Below are positions 34,909 through 44,711 of a stretch of 64,000 nucleotides of DNA, piece by piece; position 1 is the first letter of the stretch; each line of letters opens with the position of its first letter. Below the pieces are notes generated by a model, which saw only the letters and a program-made list of their open reading frames with translations, was not told the origin of the DNA and searched no databases. Location: NCBI GenBank assembly GCA_965214255.1, contig OZ243948.1, positions 516,916 through 580,915 on the forward strand, in the 5' to 3' direction. The stretch is from Alphaproteobacteria bacterium (GTDB lineage Bacteria > Pseudomonadota > Alphaproteobacteria > SMXP01). The position numbers and the translations under genes are program-made.

Positions 34909-36309
34909 ATGACGGAGACAAAATTCGATCTGGTCATTATCGGCTCCGGGCCGGGTGGTTATGTAGCCGCAATCCGTGCGGCGCAGCTCGGCATGAAAGT
35001 AGCGGTAGTCGAGCGCGAGCGTCTGGGCGGTGTCTGCCTCAATTGGGGTTGCATTCCGACAAAAGCACTTCTTCGTGCGTCCGAGATCTTCGACACGCTC
35101 AAACATCTCGACGAATTCGGCTTGTCAGCAAGCAACATCGGCTACGACATCGAAAAAGTCGTGAAACGGTCGCGCGATGTTGCCGATCAATTGTCGAACG
35201 GCGTCAAGTTTTTGTTCAAGAAAAACAAGATCGCTTTGTTCGACGGTGAGGGCAGTCTCGCAGGTTCGGAAAAAGTGAACGTCATCAAAGACGGTAAAAC
35301 CCGAAAAATCCGTACCAGGAATATCATTTTGGCGACGGGCGCCCGCGCCCGCACGTTGCCGAACATCGAACCCGACGGCAAATTCGTTTGGACCTACAAA
35401 GAGGCGCTCGTCCCTTCAGCCATACCGAAGTCGCTCCTGGTGATCGGGTCCGGCGCGATCGGCATGGAGTTCGCAAGCTTCTTCCACACGCTCGGCGCCA
35501 AAACCACCGTCATCGAAATGCTCGACCGTATTTTACCGCTCGAAGACGAGGAAATATCCGCCTTCGCGGAAAAGGCGTTCAAAAAGCAGGGCATGACCCT
35601 CGAAACGAAGGCCAAGGTCGAGAAACTTCGATTCAACAAGAACACGGTCACCGCAACCGTCAGGAATGGTGCGGGCAAAACCGAAACGATCAATGCGGAG
35701 CGCGTGATTCTGGCGGTCGGCATCGTCGGCAATACGGAAACCCTGGGTCTTGAAGAAGCGGGCGTTAAAGTCGACAAGACCCACGTCGTGACAAACGAAT
35801 GGGGCGAAACGGACGTGCGCGGCGTTTATGCTATCGGCGACTTGGTCGGCCCGCCGTGGTTGGCTCATAAAGCGATGCACGAAGGCGTGGTCTGTGTCGA
35901 AAAAATTGCCGGCCTTGACGGTGTGCATCCGGTGAACATGAAGAATGTCCCCGGCTGCACTTATTGCCGGCCGCAAGTGGCGAGTGTGGGTCTGACGGAA
36001 GCGGCCGCCAAAGAGACCGGCCGTGACGTAAGGGTGGGTCGTTTCCCCTTTATCGGCAACGGCAAGGCCATCGCGCTCGGCGAGCCCGAAGGCCTCGTCA
36101 AAACCGTGTTCGACGCCAAGAGCGGCGAACTTCTCGGCGCGCACATGATCGGCGCCGAAGTGACCGAGCTTATCCAGGGCTACACCATTGCCAAAACGAT
36201 GGAGACGACGGAAGCGGAACTGATGGCAACCGTCTTCCCCCATCCCACGATTAGCGAAGCCATGCACGAAGCCGTTCTTGACGCTTACGGCCGCGTACTT
36301 CACATATGA
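34909..36309 (+). CDS. lpd: Dihydrolipoyl dehydrogenase (E3)
   Basis: FAD motif 'IIGSGPGGYVAA', redox-active 'CLNWGCIPTK', 466 aa. Confidence 0.9.
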   Translation: MTETKFDLVIIGSGPGGYVAAIRAAQLGMKVAVVERERLGGVCLNWGCIPTKALLRASEIFDTLKHLDEFGLSASNIGYDIEKVVKRSRDVADQLSNGVKFLFKKNKIALFDGEGSLAGSEKVNVIKDGKTRKIRTRNIILATGARARTLPNIEPDGKFVWTYKEALVPSAIPKSLLVIGSGAIGMEFASFFHTLGAKTTVIEMLDRILPLEDEEISAFAEKAFKKQGMTLETKAKVEKLRFNKNTVTATVRNGAGKTETINAERVILAVGIVGNTETLGLEEAGVKVDKTHVVTNEWGETDVRGVYAIGDLVGPPWLAHKAMHEGVVCVEKIAGLDGVHPVNMKNVPGCTYCRPQVASVGLTEAAAKETGRDVRVGRFPFIGNGKAIALGEPEGLVKTVFDAKSGELLGAHMIGAEVTELIQGYTIAKTMETTEAELMATVFPHPTISEAMHEAVLDAYGRVLHI

Positions 36310-36335
36310 GTCGAAGCAGGTTTTGAAAGATCGCC

Positions 36336-37325
36336 ATGGCGACGGTACTGGACAGGGTGAGAGGCAAACGCGCGGGCGACGTATCCGCGGCCGCTTTGCG
36401 TCATCCCGAAAAACAAAAGAATCCGGACCGGCGGATCCTGAAAAAACCCGACTGGCTGCGCGTCAAAGCGCCGGGCTCACCGGCCTACAACGAGACCAGG
36501 CGGATCGTGCGCGATAACGATCTCGTCACCGTATGCGAGGAGGCGGCGTGCCCCAATATCGGGACGTGCTGGTCCAGGAAGCACGCCACCATGATGATCA
36601 TGGGCGACACCTGCACGCGGGCCTGCGCCTTTTGTTATGTCAAAACCGGTCTGCCCGATGCGCTCGACAGCCGGGAGCCCGCCAATGTGGCTAACGCCGT
36701 GGCGATGTTGTCGCTTGAACATGTCGTCATTACCAGCGTCGACCGCGACGACCTGAGCGACGGCGGCGCCGCACATTTCGCAAAGGTCATCAAAGCCGTT
36801 CGCGCGCGCGCCCCTGAAACCACGATCGAAGTCCTGACGCCCGACTTTTTACGTCGAGAGGGCGCGGCTGAAGTGGTCATCGACGCCAAACCCGACGTGT
36901 TCAATCACAATTTGGAAACCGTACCGCGGCTTTATCGCTCCATCCGCCCCGGCGCGCGCTATTACAATTCGTTGCGGCTTCTCGAACGAGTCAAAGAACG
37001 CGACCCGGAACAGTTCACCAAGTCGGGCCTTATGGTGGGTTTGGGAGAAAGCCGCGACGAACTCTTTCAAGTCATGGACGACCTGCGCGCCGCGGACATC
37101 GATTTCCTGACCGTTGGCCAATATCTCCAACCGACACCCAAACATGCGCCTATCGACCGTTTCGTCACGCCGGACGAGTTCAAGACTTATGAAAAGACGG
37201 CCTACGCCAAGGGCTTTTTGATGGTATCGGCGACGCCGTTGACGCGCTCGTCCTATTTGGCGGGCGATGACTTCGCCAAGCTGCGCGCGGCGCGGCGGAA
37301 ACAACTTGAACTCGCGGGCGGATAG
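36336..37325 (+). CDS. lipA: Lipoyl synthase
   Basis: Radical-SAM 'CTRACAFC' cluster and the '[12 protein letters not shown]' auxiliary cluster, 329 aa. Confidence 0.9.
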   Translation: MATVLDRVRGKRAGDVSAAALRHPEKQKNPDRRILKKPDWLRVKAPGSPAYNETRRIVRDNDLVTVCEEAACPNIGTCWSRKHATMMIMGDTCTRACAFCYVKTGLPDALDSREPANVANAVAMLSLEHVVITSVDRDDLSDGGAAHFAKVIKAVRARAPETTIEVLTPDFLRREGAAEVVIDAKPDVFNHNLETVPRLYRSIRPGARYYNSLRLLERVKERDPEQFTKSGLMVGLGESRDELFQVMDDLRAADIDFLTVGQYLQPTPKHAPIDRFVTPDEFKTYEKTAYAKGFLMVSATPLTRSSYLAGDDFAKLRAARRKQLELAGG

Positions 37326-37330
37326 ACCTC

Positions 37331-37783
37331 ATGCCCAGCTACAAGGAACGCAAACGGGTGAGCCACACGGCCGATCAAATGCTTGATTTGGTGGCTTCCG
37401 TCGATCGGTATCCGGAGTTTCTACCGTGGTGCGCAGGCGTGAACATAAAATCGAAGACAACGACCGGCCACAGGGAAACCATGACGGCGGACCTCAGCGT
37501 GGCGTTCAAACCCTTCCGCGAAACCTTTACCAGCCGGGCGAATACGGACCGCGCCCAACGGCGCATCGACATCGACTATCTCGACGGGCCGTTTCGCCAT
37601 CTCACCAACCGCTGGATTTTCGAACAAAACGAAGACGGCACGTGCGTCATCGACTTTTTCATCGATTTCGAATTCCGAAGCGTCGTGCTGCAAATGCTGA
37701 CAAGCGCCGTTTTTCACGAAGCGGCGCGGCGCATGGTCAACGCTTTTGTCGACCGCGCCAACGCCGTTTACGGCGCGGCTTGA
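37331..37783 (+). CDS. SRPBCC-family protein (RatA/Coq10-like polyketide-cyclase fold)
   Basis: 150 aa. The lipA-adjacent position and size are typical of the alphaproteobacterial RatA/Coq10-like START-domain gene; the motif-level match is weak. Confidence 0.65.
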   Translation: MPSYKERKRVSHTADQMLDLVASVDRYPEFLPWCAGVNIKSKTTTGHRETMTADLSVAFKPFRETFTSRANTDRAQRRIDIDYLDGPFRHLTNRWIFEQNEDGTCVIDFFIDFEFRSVVLQMLTSAVFHEAARRMVNAFVDRANAVYGAA

Positions 37784-37848
37784 GCCCTCGAAGACGCCCC
37801 CGTTCCTATATGAAGAGGCCGCAAGAAAAACAGGGAGATACTTAGAAA

Positions 37849-38046
37849 ATGCCATCAAAAGAATACAAAAAGAGGGCTTCGAATGGGACGCCAGTCTACA
37901 TGCCAATCGACCATCCGAACCCTTACGAGCCAGACCTGAAGGAATGGGAAGCATATTTGAAAGAGGTGGAGGCATCAGGGATGATCGACAGCGCGGAGGA
38001 AGCCAGAATGATGATCTCTCGGATCAAGAAGGAACAGAAGACGTAA
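37849..38046 (+). CDS. Small hypothetical protein (65 aa), lower GC than its surroundings
   Basis: ORF with a good SD ('AGGGAGA' 10 nt upstream of the ATG). The lysine/glutamate-rich product is charged. Local GC is about 50% in a region of about 65%. Confidence 0.4.
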   Translation: MPSKEYKKRASNGTPVYMPIDHPNPYEPDLKEWEAYLKEVEASGMIDSAEEARMMISRIKKEQKT

Positions 38047-38088
38047 CCAGATACTCCCGCCCGATGCCCGACGAGAAACCTCTATCGT

Positions 38089-38577
38089 CTACAGTCGTCT
38101 GCGCAACAGGTCCAAACCGACTTCGACGCTTTTTACCCGTATCCGGTCACGCCCGATGTCGCCGAAGAAATGCCGCTCGTGAAACACGTCTTGCATGCGC
38201 CGGGCGCTTGCGAAATGGACCAGACCCACGGGCTTCGTCTCCGCCCCGCCGTCCGGTCCGGCGATACCGGTCACGGAGACGGCGATATCCGCGCGGGAGT
38301 TCCCGAGCGCGCCGTCCGCCATGGCCCGCGCCACGGGTTCGCTGACCGCGCCGTATTCCGTCAGCAGCGGTTCGGGTACGCCTAAAAGTTCCCGTTTGGC
38401 CTCGTTCGAATAGGTTATGAACCCGCGGTCGACAACGTCGGACGACCCGGCGATTTCGGTCAGGCATGCGGTGACGAGACCGCCGGTGCAGGATTCCGCG
38501 ACGGCGATTTTGAGCCCCGCCCGGCGCATGTCGTCCAGAAGCGATTTTGCCTTTTGCAATAAGGTCTTGGGAAACAT
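38089..38577 (-). CDS. CinA C-terminal domain protein / nicotinamide-nucleotide amidohydrolase PncC-like
   Basis: 'LKIAVAESCTGGLVTACLT' and 'VSVTGIAGPDGG' are CinA-C signatures. 162 aa. Confidence 0.8.
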   Translation of the reverse strand: MFPKTLLQKAKSLLDDMRRAGLKIAVAESCTGGLVTACLTEIAGSSDVVDRGFITYSNEAKRELLGVPEPLLTEYGAVSEPVARAMADGALGNSRADIAVSVTGIAGPDGGAETKPVGLVHFASARRMQDVFHERHFFGDIGRDRIRVKSVEVGLDLLRRRL

Positions 38578-38580
38578 TGT

Positions 38581-39075
38581 TCAGATCCCAAGCCAACGAT
38601 CGACGAGAAAGACCGCGACCAGGGCGTAGAGGCCGGCCACCACGTCATCGAGCATGATCCCCAGGCCGTTTTTCAATGTCCGATCGGCCCAGTTTGCCGG
38701 CCACGGCTTCAAGATGTCACAGATCCGAAACACGAGAAACGCGGCGGCGAAACCGGTCACGGTCAAGGGCGCGGCGATGAGAGCGATCCACTGGCCGACC
38801 ACTTCGTCGATGACGACCGACGGAGGATCGCCGCCGCTTTCGTGGGCCGTGAAAATCTTCGCGGCCCAAACGCCTAAGACGAATGCGGTCACCGCGGCGG
38901 CCAACAACGCCGCCCGCCCGCCGTAACCGAGCAGCACCCAGGCAAAAGGAAGCGCCGCCAACGAGCCCCAGGTCCCGGGCGCAGGGCGCAACCGCCCGAC
39001 CCAAAACCAGGTGCCGATGACAACGGCCGGGTTATGAAAAGCAAGCCGCGGGGGCAGGGGGGAGATGAACGCCAT
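38581..39075 (-). CDS. pgpA: Phosphatidylglycerophosphatase A
   Basis: 'GTWFWVGRLRPAPGTWGSLAALP' PgpA signature, 164 aa membrane protein. Confidence 0.85.
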   Translation of the reverse strand: MAFISPLPPRLAFHNPAVVIGTWFWVGRLRPAPGTWGSLAALPFAWVLLGYGGRAALLAAAVTAFVLGVWAAKIFTAHESGGDPPSVVIDEVVGQWIALIAAPLTVTGFAAAFLVFRICDILKPWPANWADRTLKNGLGIMLDDVVAGLYALVAVFLVDRWLGI

Positions 39076-39078
39076 CGC

Positions 39079-40281
39079 TCAGGCGCTCCCGGTCTTGACG
39101 CGAATGCTCGCGACAGCTTGGGCCGCAATGCCTTCTCCGCGGCCGGCGAATCCCAGCTTCTCCGTAGTCGTGGCTTTGACGCTCACGCGCGAGGGATCGA
39201 GTTCGAGAATATCCGCAACGCGCGCGCGCATGGCGTCCCGGTAAGGTTTGATCACGGGCCGTTCGCAAATGAGCGTGAGATCGAGATTGAGTATCGTGCC
39301 GCCGGCGCGGGCCGCAAGATCACGCGCATGTTTCAAGAACAGGTCGGACGGCGAATCGCGCCACCGTTCATCTGTGGGCGGAAAATGGTCGCCGATGTCA
39401 CCGAGGCCCATCGCCCCCAACAGAGCGTCGGTCAACGCATGGAGGCCGGCGTCCGCGTCGGAATGTCCGACGAGTCCTCGATCATGAGGGACGGTCACGC
39501 CGCACAAGACGACATGGTCGCCCGGGCCGAACCGGTGCACGTCGAAGCCGGTGCCGACGCGAATCTCGCTGCGTGACGCCGCCGCACCGGCGGCGTCGAA
39601 ATCTTCCCGGGTTGTGAACTTGATGTTGTCCGGGTCGCCCGCCACGATCGCGACGGCGAGTCCCGCAAGTTCGGCGACCGCCGCGTCGTCGGTCAGGGTT
39701 TGCCCCTTTGCGGCGAGGTGCGCCGCCAATATCTCGCGGTAGCGGAAGGCTTGCGGCGTTTGCGCGCGCCACAGGTCCGTACGGTCGACCGTCTCGTCGA
39801 TCCGCCCGTCGTTCCCCCTCTTGAGCGTGTCGACGACGGGCAGAGCCGGAATAGCGCCCGCCGCGTCGGGTTTCGAGGCCGCGTCGATGACGTCGGCGAC
39901 GAGACGGGGCGTCACGAAAGGGCGCACTGCGTCGTGGATGAGAACGATCTCCGGATCGGTCTCGCGCAGGCTTTCCAGCCCCAGACGCACGGAGTCCTGC
40001 CGCGAAGCGCCGCCTGATACGGGCGGCAGCAACCGCGGGTCCGACAACAGTTCGCCGAGCGCGCGGTCATAGAGAGACCGGTGTTCGTCGTTGAAAACGA
40101 CCCGCAGACCGGTAATCCCGGGGCACTCGAAAAACCGCTCCACGGTGTGCCGGATCACGGCTTGATCGCCCAGGACCCGGTATTGTTTGGGCGCACCGCG
40201 TCCCGCTCGAACGCCCTCGCCGGCGGCGACCACAAGGGCCGCGACGGGGCGGGGCGGGGCGTCAAACCGGGTCACAGCCAA
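39079..40281 (-). CDS. ispDF: Bifunctional 2-C-methyl-D-erythritol 4-phosphate cytidylyltransferase / 2-C-methyl-D-erythritol 2,4-cyclodiphosphate synthase
   Basis: 400 aa. N-terminal IspD ('VVAAGEGVRAG') fused to C-terminal IspF ('GFDVHRF...HSDADAGLHAL'). The fusion is typical of alphaproteobacteria. Confidence 0.9.
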   Translation of the reverse strand: MAVTRFDAPPRPVAALVVAAGEGVRAGRGAPKQYRVLGDQAVIRHTVERFFECPGITGLRVVFNDEHRSLYDRALGELLSDPRLLPPVSGGASRQDSVRLGLESLRETDPEIVLIHDAVRPFVTPRLVADVIDAASKPDAAGAIPALPVVDTLKRGNDGRIDETVDRTDLWRAQTPQAFRYREILAAHLAAKGQTLTDDAAVAELAGLAVAIVAGDPDNIKFTTREDFDAAGAAASRSEIRVGTGFDVHRFGPGDHVVLCGVTVPHDRGLVGHSDADAGLHALTDALLGAMGLGDIGDHFPPTDERWRDSPSDLFLKHARDLAARAGGTILNLDLTLICERPVIKPYRDAMRARVADILELDPSRVSVKATTTEKLGFAGRGEGIAAQAVASIRVKTGSA

Positions 40282-40611
40282 AAAAATCCGTCAAAAGTCA
40301 TCGAATATTTCTTCTTGAAAATATGCTTATATCCGTTTGAAGTATAAAAATAAAAATTCCAGTCATGGGGCGCCTGTTCCGGCGTCATTGATCTATAGCG
40401 TATGTGACGGCACCCCCGATCGACGGCGGTCGAAGTTGCACACAGGCTCAAGTGATGTAAAAGTGCAACATTAGTGTTGATTTGGCGCCGCATTCCGCGC
40501 ACTCTATATCCGAGGTTCGCGCAGTCTCGCGGGCCGGGAGTCCTTCGAAGCGGGCACGAGTTCGTTCGGACCGGACGCGGTAACGGCGGTCGGTCTTTGC
40601 GAAAGCGCCGC

Positions 40612-42981
40612 ATGACAACGGTCGCCATGACCACGACGCTCAACGAATTCGAATCCTCAGCGCCCGGCGCCTTTCAACGCGCGAGAGGGCGGAGCCGGCC
40701 GCGCCGCTCCCCGTTCCGCCGTTTCGGTCATTTCGTGCGTCACGCGCTGGGGCCGGTCACCCCGCTCAGCCGCGTTGCCTGGATCTCGCTCGCCATCGCA
40801 GGGGTCGGCGTCTCGACGCTGGCGTTCACTTATTTTGCGCTCAGCCGGTCCGAGCCGTTCGATATCACGCGCACCGACCTGCTGGTCCTCATCGCCGTCG
40901 ATCTGGCGATCATATTTTCCATCGCGCCGGTCATCGCCTGGCGGTTGATACGTCTGTTCGCGTCCCGGAAGGAGAGCGGCCCCGCGTCCACGCTGCATGT
41001 TCGCATGGTCGCGTTGTTGAGCGTCATGACCCTCGCGCCGGCCATCGTGATAGCGAGTTTTTCCGCCGTGACGTTGACGACGAGCCTCAACTCGCTCCTC
41101 GGCGGACCCGTCGAGACGGCCGTTCAAAACTCGGCGGCGATGACGCGTCTTTACGTCGACGATCAGACGCGCGTTCTGGGTCAGGATCTGGTTTTCATGG
41201 CCAACGACGTGAACAACAATTCCCTCCTGTTCAGGGAAAGCCCCCTCCGTTTCGAGCAATTCCTCGCCTTCCAGATTCGCGCGCGGCGGCTCTCGTCCGC
41301 CCACCTGATTTCCGACGACGGTACGCTGCTGGCCCGTGCGGAGACGGAAGATGTTCCCGATTTCACGGTCCCGCGGCCGGAAGTCATGGACGTGGCGGGC
41401 GATCAGCCGGCCGTCTTTTCCGAGGCGGCCAACAACCAGTTGCGCGGCGTGGTCGGCTTGCCCGATTACGATAACGGCTATCTGGTGGTCGGCCGCATAC
41501 TGGACCCGAGCGTCTACCAGCATTTCGGTGAAATGAAGGATTTTCTGTCGGGCTATGAAGCGATGGAGGACAACCGTTCGTTGATCGAGCTTGTCTTTGT
41601 ACTGACGTTCGTGATGATCGCGCTGATTATCCTCCTCGGCGCCATCTGGCTGGGCCTGAGAGTCGCGAACAATCTGGTGTCTCCGATCGGGCGTCTCATG
41701 ACGACGGCAGAAAAGGTCAGCGACGGCGATCTTACCGCAAGGGTTCCTCTCAACGACTCCAACGATGAAATCAACGAACTGAGCCGCACTTTCAACCGGA
41801 TGACCGGACAACTCCAAAGCCAGCGCGCGGAACTCGTGGAAACCAACGAACGGTTGGACGACCGCCGGCGGTTTACGGAAGCCGTTCTTACCGGCGTCAG
41901 CGCCGGCGTTCTGGGGATCGACGCGAACGGCAAGGTGTCGATGGCCAATCAATCCGCGGCGACGCTGCTCTCCGTTCCCCGCGATTCACTCATCGGCAAG
42001 GATATCGTCGAACTTCTTCCCGCCGCGGCCGAGCTCATCGGACAGGACCGACAGCCCAAGGGAAACGGTTTTTTGCAGGCCCACATCGACCACCGCGTGA
42101 ACGGTCAAACTCGTCATTTCAACGTCCAGATGACGGAGACTCGCGGAAACGGAGAGGATCATGGGCTGGTCGTCACCTTCGATGACATCAGCAAACTCGT
42201 TTCGGCGCAGCGAACGGCGGCCTGGGCGGACGTGGCCCGGCGCATCGCGCATGAGATCAGGAATCCCCTGACGCCTATTCAATTATCGGCGGAACGCCTG
42301 CGGCGGAAGTACGGGCGTGAAATCGTCAGCGATCCGGACGTATTCGAACAATGCACCGGCACCATCGTCAGACAGGTCAAGGACATCGGGAGGATGGTCG
42401 ACGAATTCTCCTCCTTCGCCCGGATGCCGGCCCCCGTCATGCGGGACCGGGAGTTGATCGATCTGGTCAAACGGTCCGTGTTTTCGCAGCGTATCGCCAA
42501 CCCTGAAATCGACTATGAAATCGCGCTTCCCGACAAGCCGGTCGTCAACAGATGCGACGGACGGCTTATCGAGCAGGCCCTGACCAATCTTTTGAAAAAT
42601 GCCGCCGAAGCGATAACCGCAAAAGCGGAGACGCTCGAAGGAGAACCGGAGCGGGATGCGTTCGTCGGCAGGATAAAGGTCACGCTCGGCGTCGAGGCGG
42701 AGCGCATTTCCATCGCCGTCGACGACAACGGATGCGGACTGCCGGAAAACGACCGCCACCGTCTTGCCGAGCCCTATGTAACGAAACGCTCGAAGGGCAC
42801 GGGGCTCGGCCTCGCGATCGTCAAAAAGATCATGGAAGACCACGGCGGTGAATTGTCTCTGAACGATTCGCGCGAGACGGGCGGGGCGAGTGTCGCCCTC
42901 ATATTGCCGAGACTCGAGTCTCTCGACCGACCGGCGCCGGCCGAAGAAGAGACGGACGATCGATCCAGCAGGGTGCAGTGA
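40612..42981 (+). CDS. ntrY: Nitrogen-regulation sensor histidine kinase NtrY
   Basis: N-terminal TM segments, HAMP, PAS, H-box 'AHEIRNPLTPIQLSAERL' and HATPase ('GTGLGLAIVKKIMEDHGG'). Followed by ntrX. Start is uncertain; the track ORF begins at 40474. Confidence 0.8.
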   Translation: MTTVAMTTTLNEFESSAPGAFQRARGRSRPRRSPFRRFGHFVRHALGPVTPLSRVAWISLAIAGVGVSTLAFTYFALSRSEPFDITRTDLLVLIAVDLAIIFSIAPVIAWRLIRLFASRKESGPASTLHVRMVALLSVMTLAPAIVIASFSAVTLTTSLNSLLGGPVETAVQNSAAMTRLYVDDQTRVLGQDLVFMANDVNNNSLLFRESPLRFEQFLAFQIRARRLSSAHLISDDGTLLARAETEDVPDFTVPRPEVMDVAGDQPAVFSEAANNQLRGVVGLPDYDNGYLVVGRILDPSVYQHFGEMKDFLSGYEAMEDNRSLIELVFVLTFVMIALIILLGAIWLGLRVANNLVSPIGRLMTTAEKVSDGDLTARVPLNDSNDEINELSRTFNRMTGQLQSQRAELVETNERLDDRRRFTEAVLTGVSAGVLGIDANGKVSMANQSAATLLSVPRDSLIGKDIVELLPAAAELIGQDRQPKGNGFLQAHIDHRVNGQTRHFNVQMTETRGNGEDHGLVVTFDDISKLVSAQRTAAWADVARRIAHEIRNPLTPIQLSAERLRRKYGREIVSDPDVFEQCTGTIVRQVKDIGRMVDEFSSFARMPAPVMRDRELIDLVKRSVFSQRIANPEIDYEIALPDKPVVNRCDGRLIEQALTNLLKNAAEAITAKAETLEGEPERDAFVGRIKVTLGVEAERISIAVDDNGCGLPENDRHRLAEPYVTKRSKGTGLGLAIVKKIMEDHGGELSLNDSRETGGASVALILPRLESLDRPAPAEEETDDRSSRVQ

Positions 42982-42983
42982 AA

Positions 42984-44597
42984 ATGAGGAAACGGAACGG
43001 ATTGCGGACGGGCCACGATATTCTCATCGTTGACGACGAAGAAGACATCCGGGAACTGATTGCGGGGATATTGCAGGACGAGAATTATCAGACCCGCGTC
43101 GCCGGGGACAGCACGAGCGCCTTGCAGGCGATCGATCGCCGCCGCCCGTCATTGTTGATTTTGGACATCTGGTTGCAGGGAAGCCCCATGGACGGTCTTG
43201 AGATGCTGGACAAGATCAACCGCGAGCATCCCGGCCTGCCCACCGTTATCATCAGCGGACACGGCAACATCGAGACCGCCGTGTCGGCGATCAAAAAAGG
43301 CGCTTACGATTTCATCGAAAAGCCCTTCAAGGCCGATCACCTGATCTTGACGGTAGAGCGCGCGCTCGAAGCTTTCCGTCTCAAGCACGAAATCGCGGAC
43401 CTGAAGCGGCGCTACGGCGGCAAAACCGAGCTTGTGGGGTCTTCGCCCGCGGTCTCCCGGTTGCGCCAAGTCATCGAACGCGTGGCGCCCACCGGCAGCC
43501 GGGTTTTGATTACCGGGCCGGCGGGGTCGGGAAAGGAAATCGTCGCCAAGCTCCTGCACGAGCGGTCCGGCCGCGCCGACAATCGTTTCGTCGCCGTCAA
43601 CGCTGCCGCCATGGCGCCGGAGCGGATGGAAGTCGAGCTTTTCGGCATCGAATCGGGATCCGACGGCCAGAGAAAAACGGGGCTTTTCGAACAGGCCCAC
43701 GGCGGCACGTTATATCTGGATGAAATCTCCGAAATGCCTTTGGAGACCCAAAGCAAGATCCTCAGAGTCCTCGTTGAACAGCGGTTTGAACGGGTCGGGG
43801 GCGGGTCCACGGTCCAGGCGGACGTGCGCATCGTCTCTTCGTCCGCCAGGAATTTGAACGACGAAATCAAGGCCGGCCGCCTGCGGGAGGATCTTTATCA
43901 CCGTCTCAACGTCGTGCCCATCCGCACGCCGCCGCTCGCCGAGCGTCGGGAAGACATACCGGAGCTCGTCGGGTATTTCATGCAAAACTTGGCAAGGGCG
44001 GCGGGCTTGCCCGTTCGCCAGGTCGGCGACGACGCCGTTGCGGCTTTACAGGCGTATGACTGGCCGGGAAACGTTCGCGAACTTCGAAACAACGTCGAAC
44101 GGCTGCTCATTCTTTCGAACGACGGTGAAAGGGAAACGATTACGGCCGACATGCTGCCCCCCGATATCGGCGCCTCGGTGTCGTTCATTTCCTACGTGAA
44201 CTCCGGTGAGCGCATCATTTCCATGCCGCTGCGCGCGGCGAGAGAAATATTCGAGCGCGAATATCTCACCGCGCAAATCAATCGTTTCAGCGGCAACATT
44301 TCGCGCACGGCCGGATTCATCGGTATGGAACGGTCCGCTCTTCACCGCAAATTGAAGTCGCTCGGCGTGAGCGCCCGCACCCGTTCACCGGAAGGGCCGA
44401 GGCACATGCCGAAATCGATGAAAACCGTCGACGCGCTTTCCGAAACATCCCGCCGGACCGTGGAAGACGTCGGCGAAAACGGAAGAGGGGCCCGGACGGA
44501 AAATCCCGACCCGTTCGATCGAGCCCCCGCCGGGAAGCAATCCGGACAGGCCGATCAGGCAGGCGAGGGGCGGGACACCCTCAAGCCGGGCATGTAA
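42984..44597 (+). CDS. ntrX: Sigma-54-dependent-type response regulator NtrX (with about 80 aa C-terminal low-complexity extension)
   Basis: Receiver domain ('ILIVDDEEDIRELI', 'DIWL'), AAA+ domain ('ITGPAGSGKE') lacking the GAFTGA motif as in NtrX, and a Fis-type HTH. The tail after the HTH is rich in R/G/E/D. Confidence 0.8.
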   Translation: MRKRNGLRTGHDILIVDDEEDIRELIAGILQDENYQTRVAGDSTSALQAIDRRRPSLLILDIWLQGSPMDGLEMLDKINREHPGLPTVIISGHGNIETAVSAIKKGAYDFIEKPFKADHLILTVERALEAFRLKHEIADLKRRYGGKTELVGSSPAVSRLRQVIERVAPTGSRVLITGPAGSGKEIVAKLLHERSGRADNRFVAVNAAAMAPERMEVELFGIESGSDGQRKTGLFEQAHGGTLYLDEISEMPLETQSKILRVLVEQRFERVGGGSTVQADVRIVSSSARNLNDEIKAGRLREDLYHRLNVVPIRTPPLAERREDIPELVGYFMQNLARAAGLPVRQVGDDAVAALQAYDWPGNVRELRNNVERLLILSNDGERETITADMLPPDIGASVSFISYVNSGERIISMPLRAAREIFEREYLTAQINRFSGNISRTAGFIGMERSALHRKLKSLGVSARTRSPEGPRHMPKSMKTVDALSETSRRTVEDVGENGRGARTENPDPFDRAPAGKQSGQADQAGEGRDTLKPGM

Positions 44598-44711
44598 CCG
44601 CCCCTTGACCACGGCCTGACAGTACATACGTATCGTGCCCCATATTGTGTGCTCGTTCGATTCCCGGTAGAGCTTTCCGACCATGACCGTTCTCCCCTTA
44701 GAGTAAAACTC

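Noticed and set aside
37746-38345. 199-aa track ORF spanning the small ORF at 37849-38046 and the cinA-C gene
   Set aside because: It overlaps the well-supported minus-strand CinA-C gene. The Arg/Pro-rich product is typical of a GC-rich shadow frame.
44640-44700. tRNA-like T-arm motif 'GTTCGATTCCCGG' upstream of trkA
   Set aside because: The flanking sequence cannot form the T-stem or acceptor stem; no cloverleaf can be drawn, so this is a chance occurrence.
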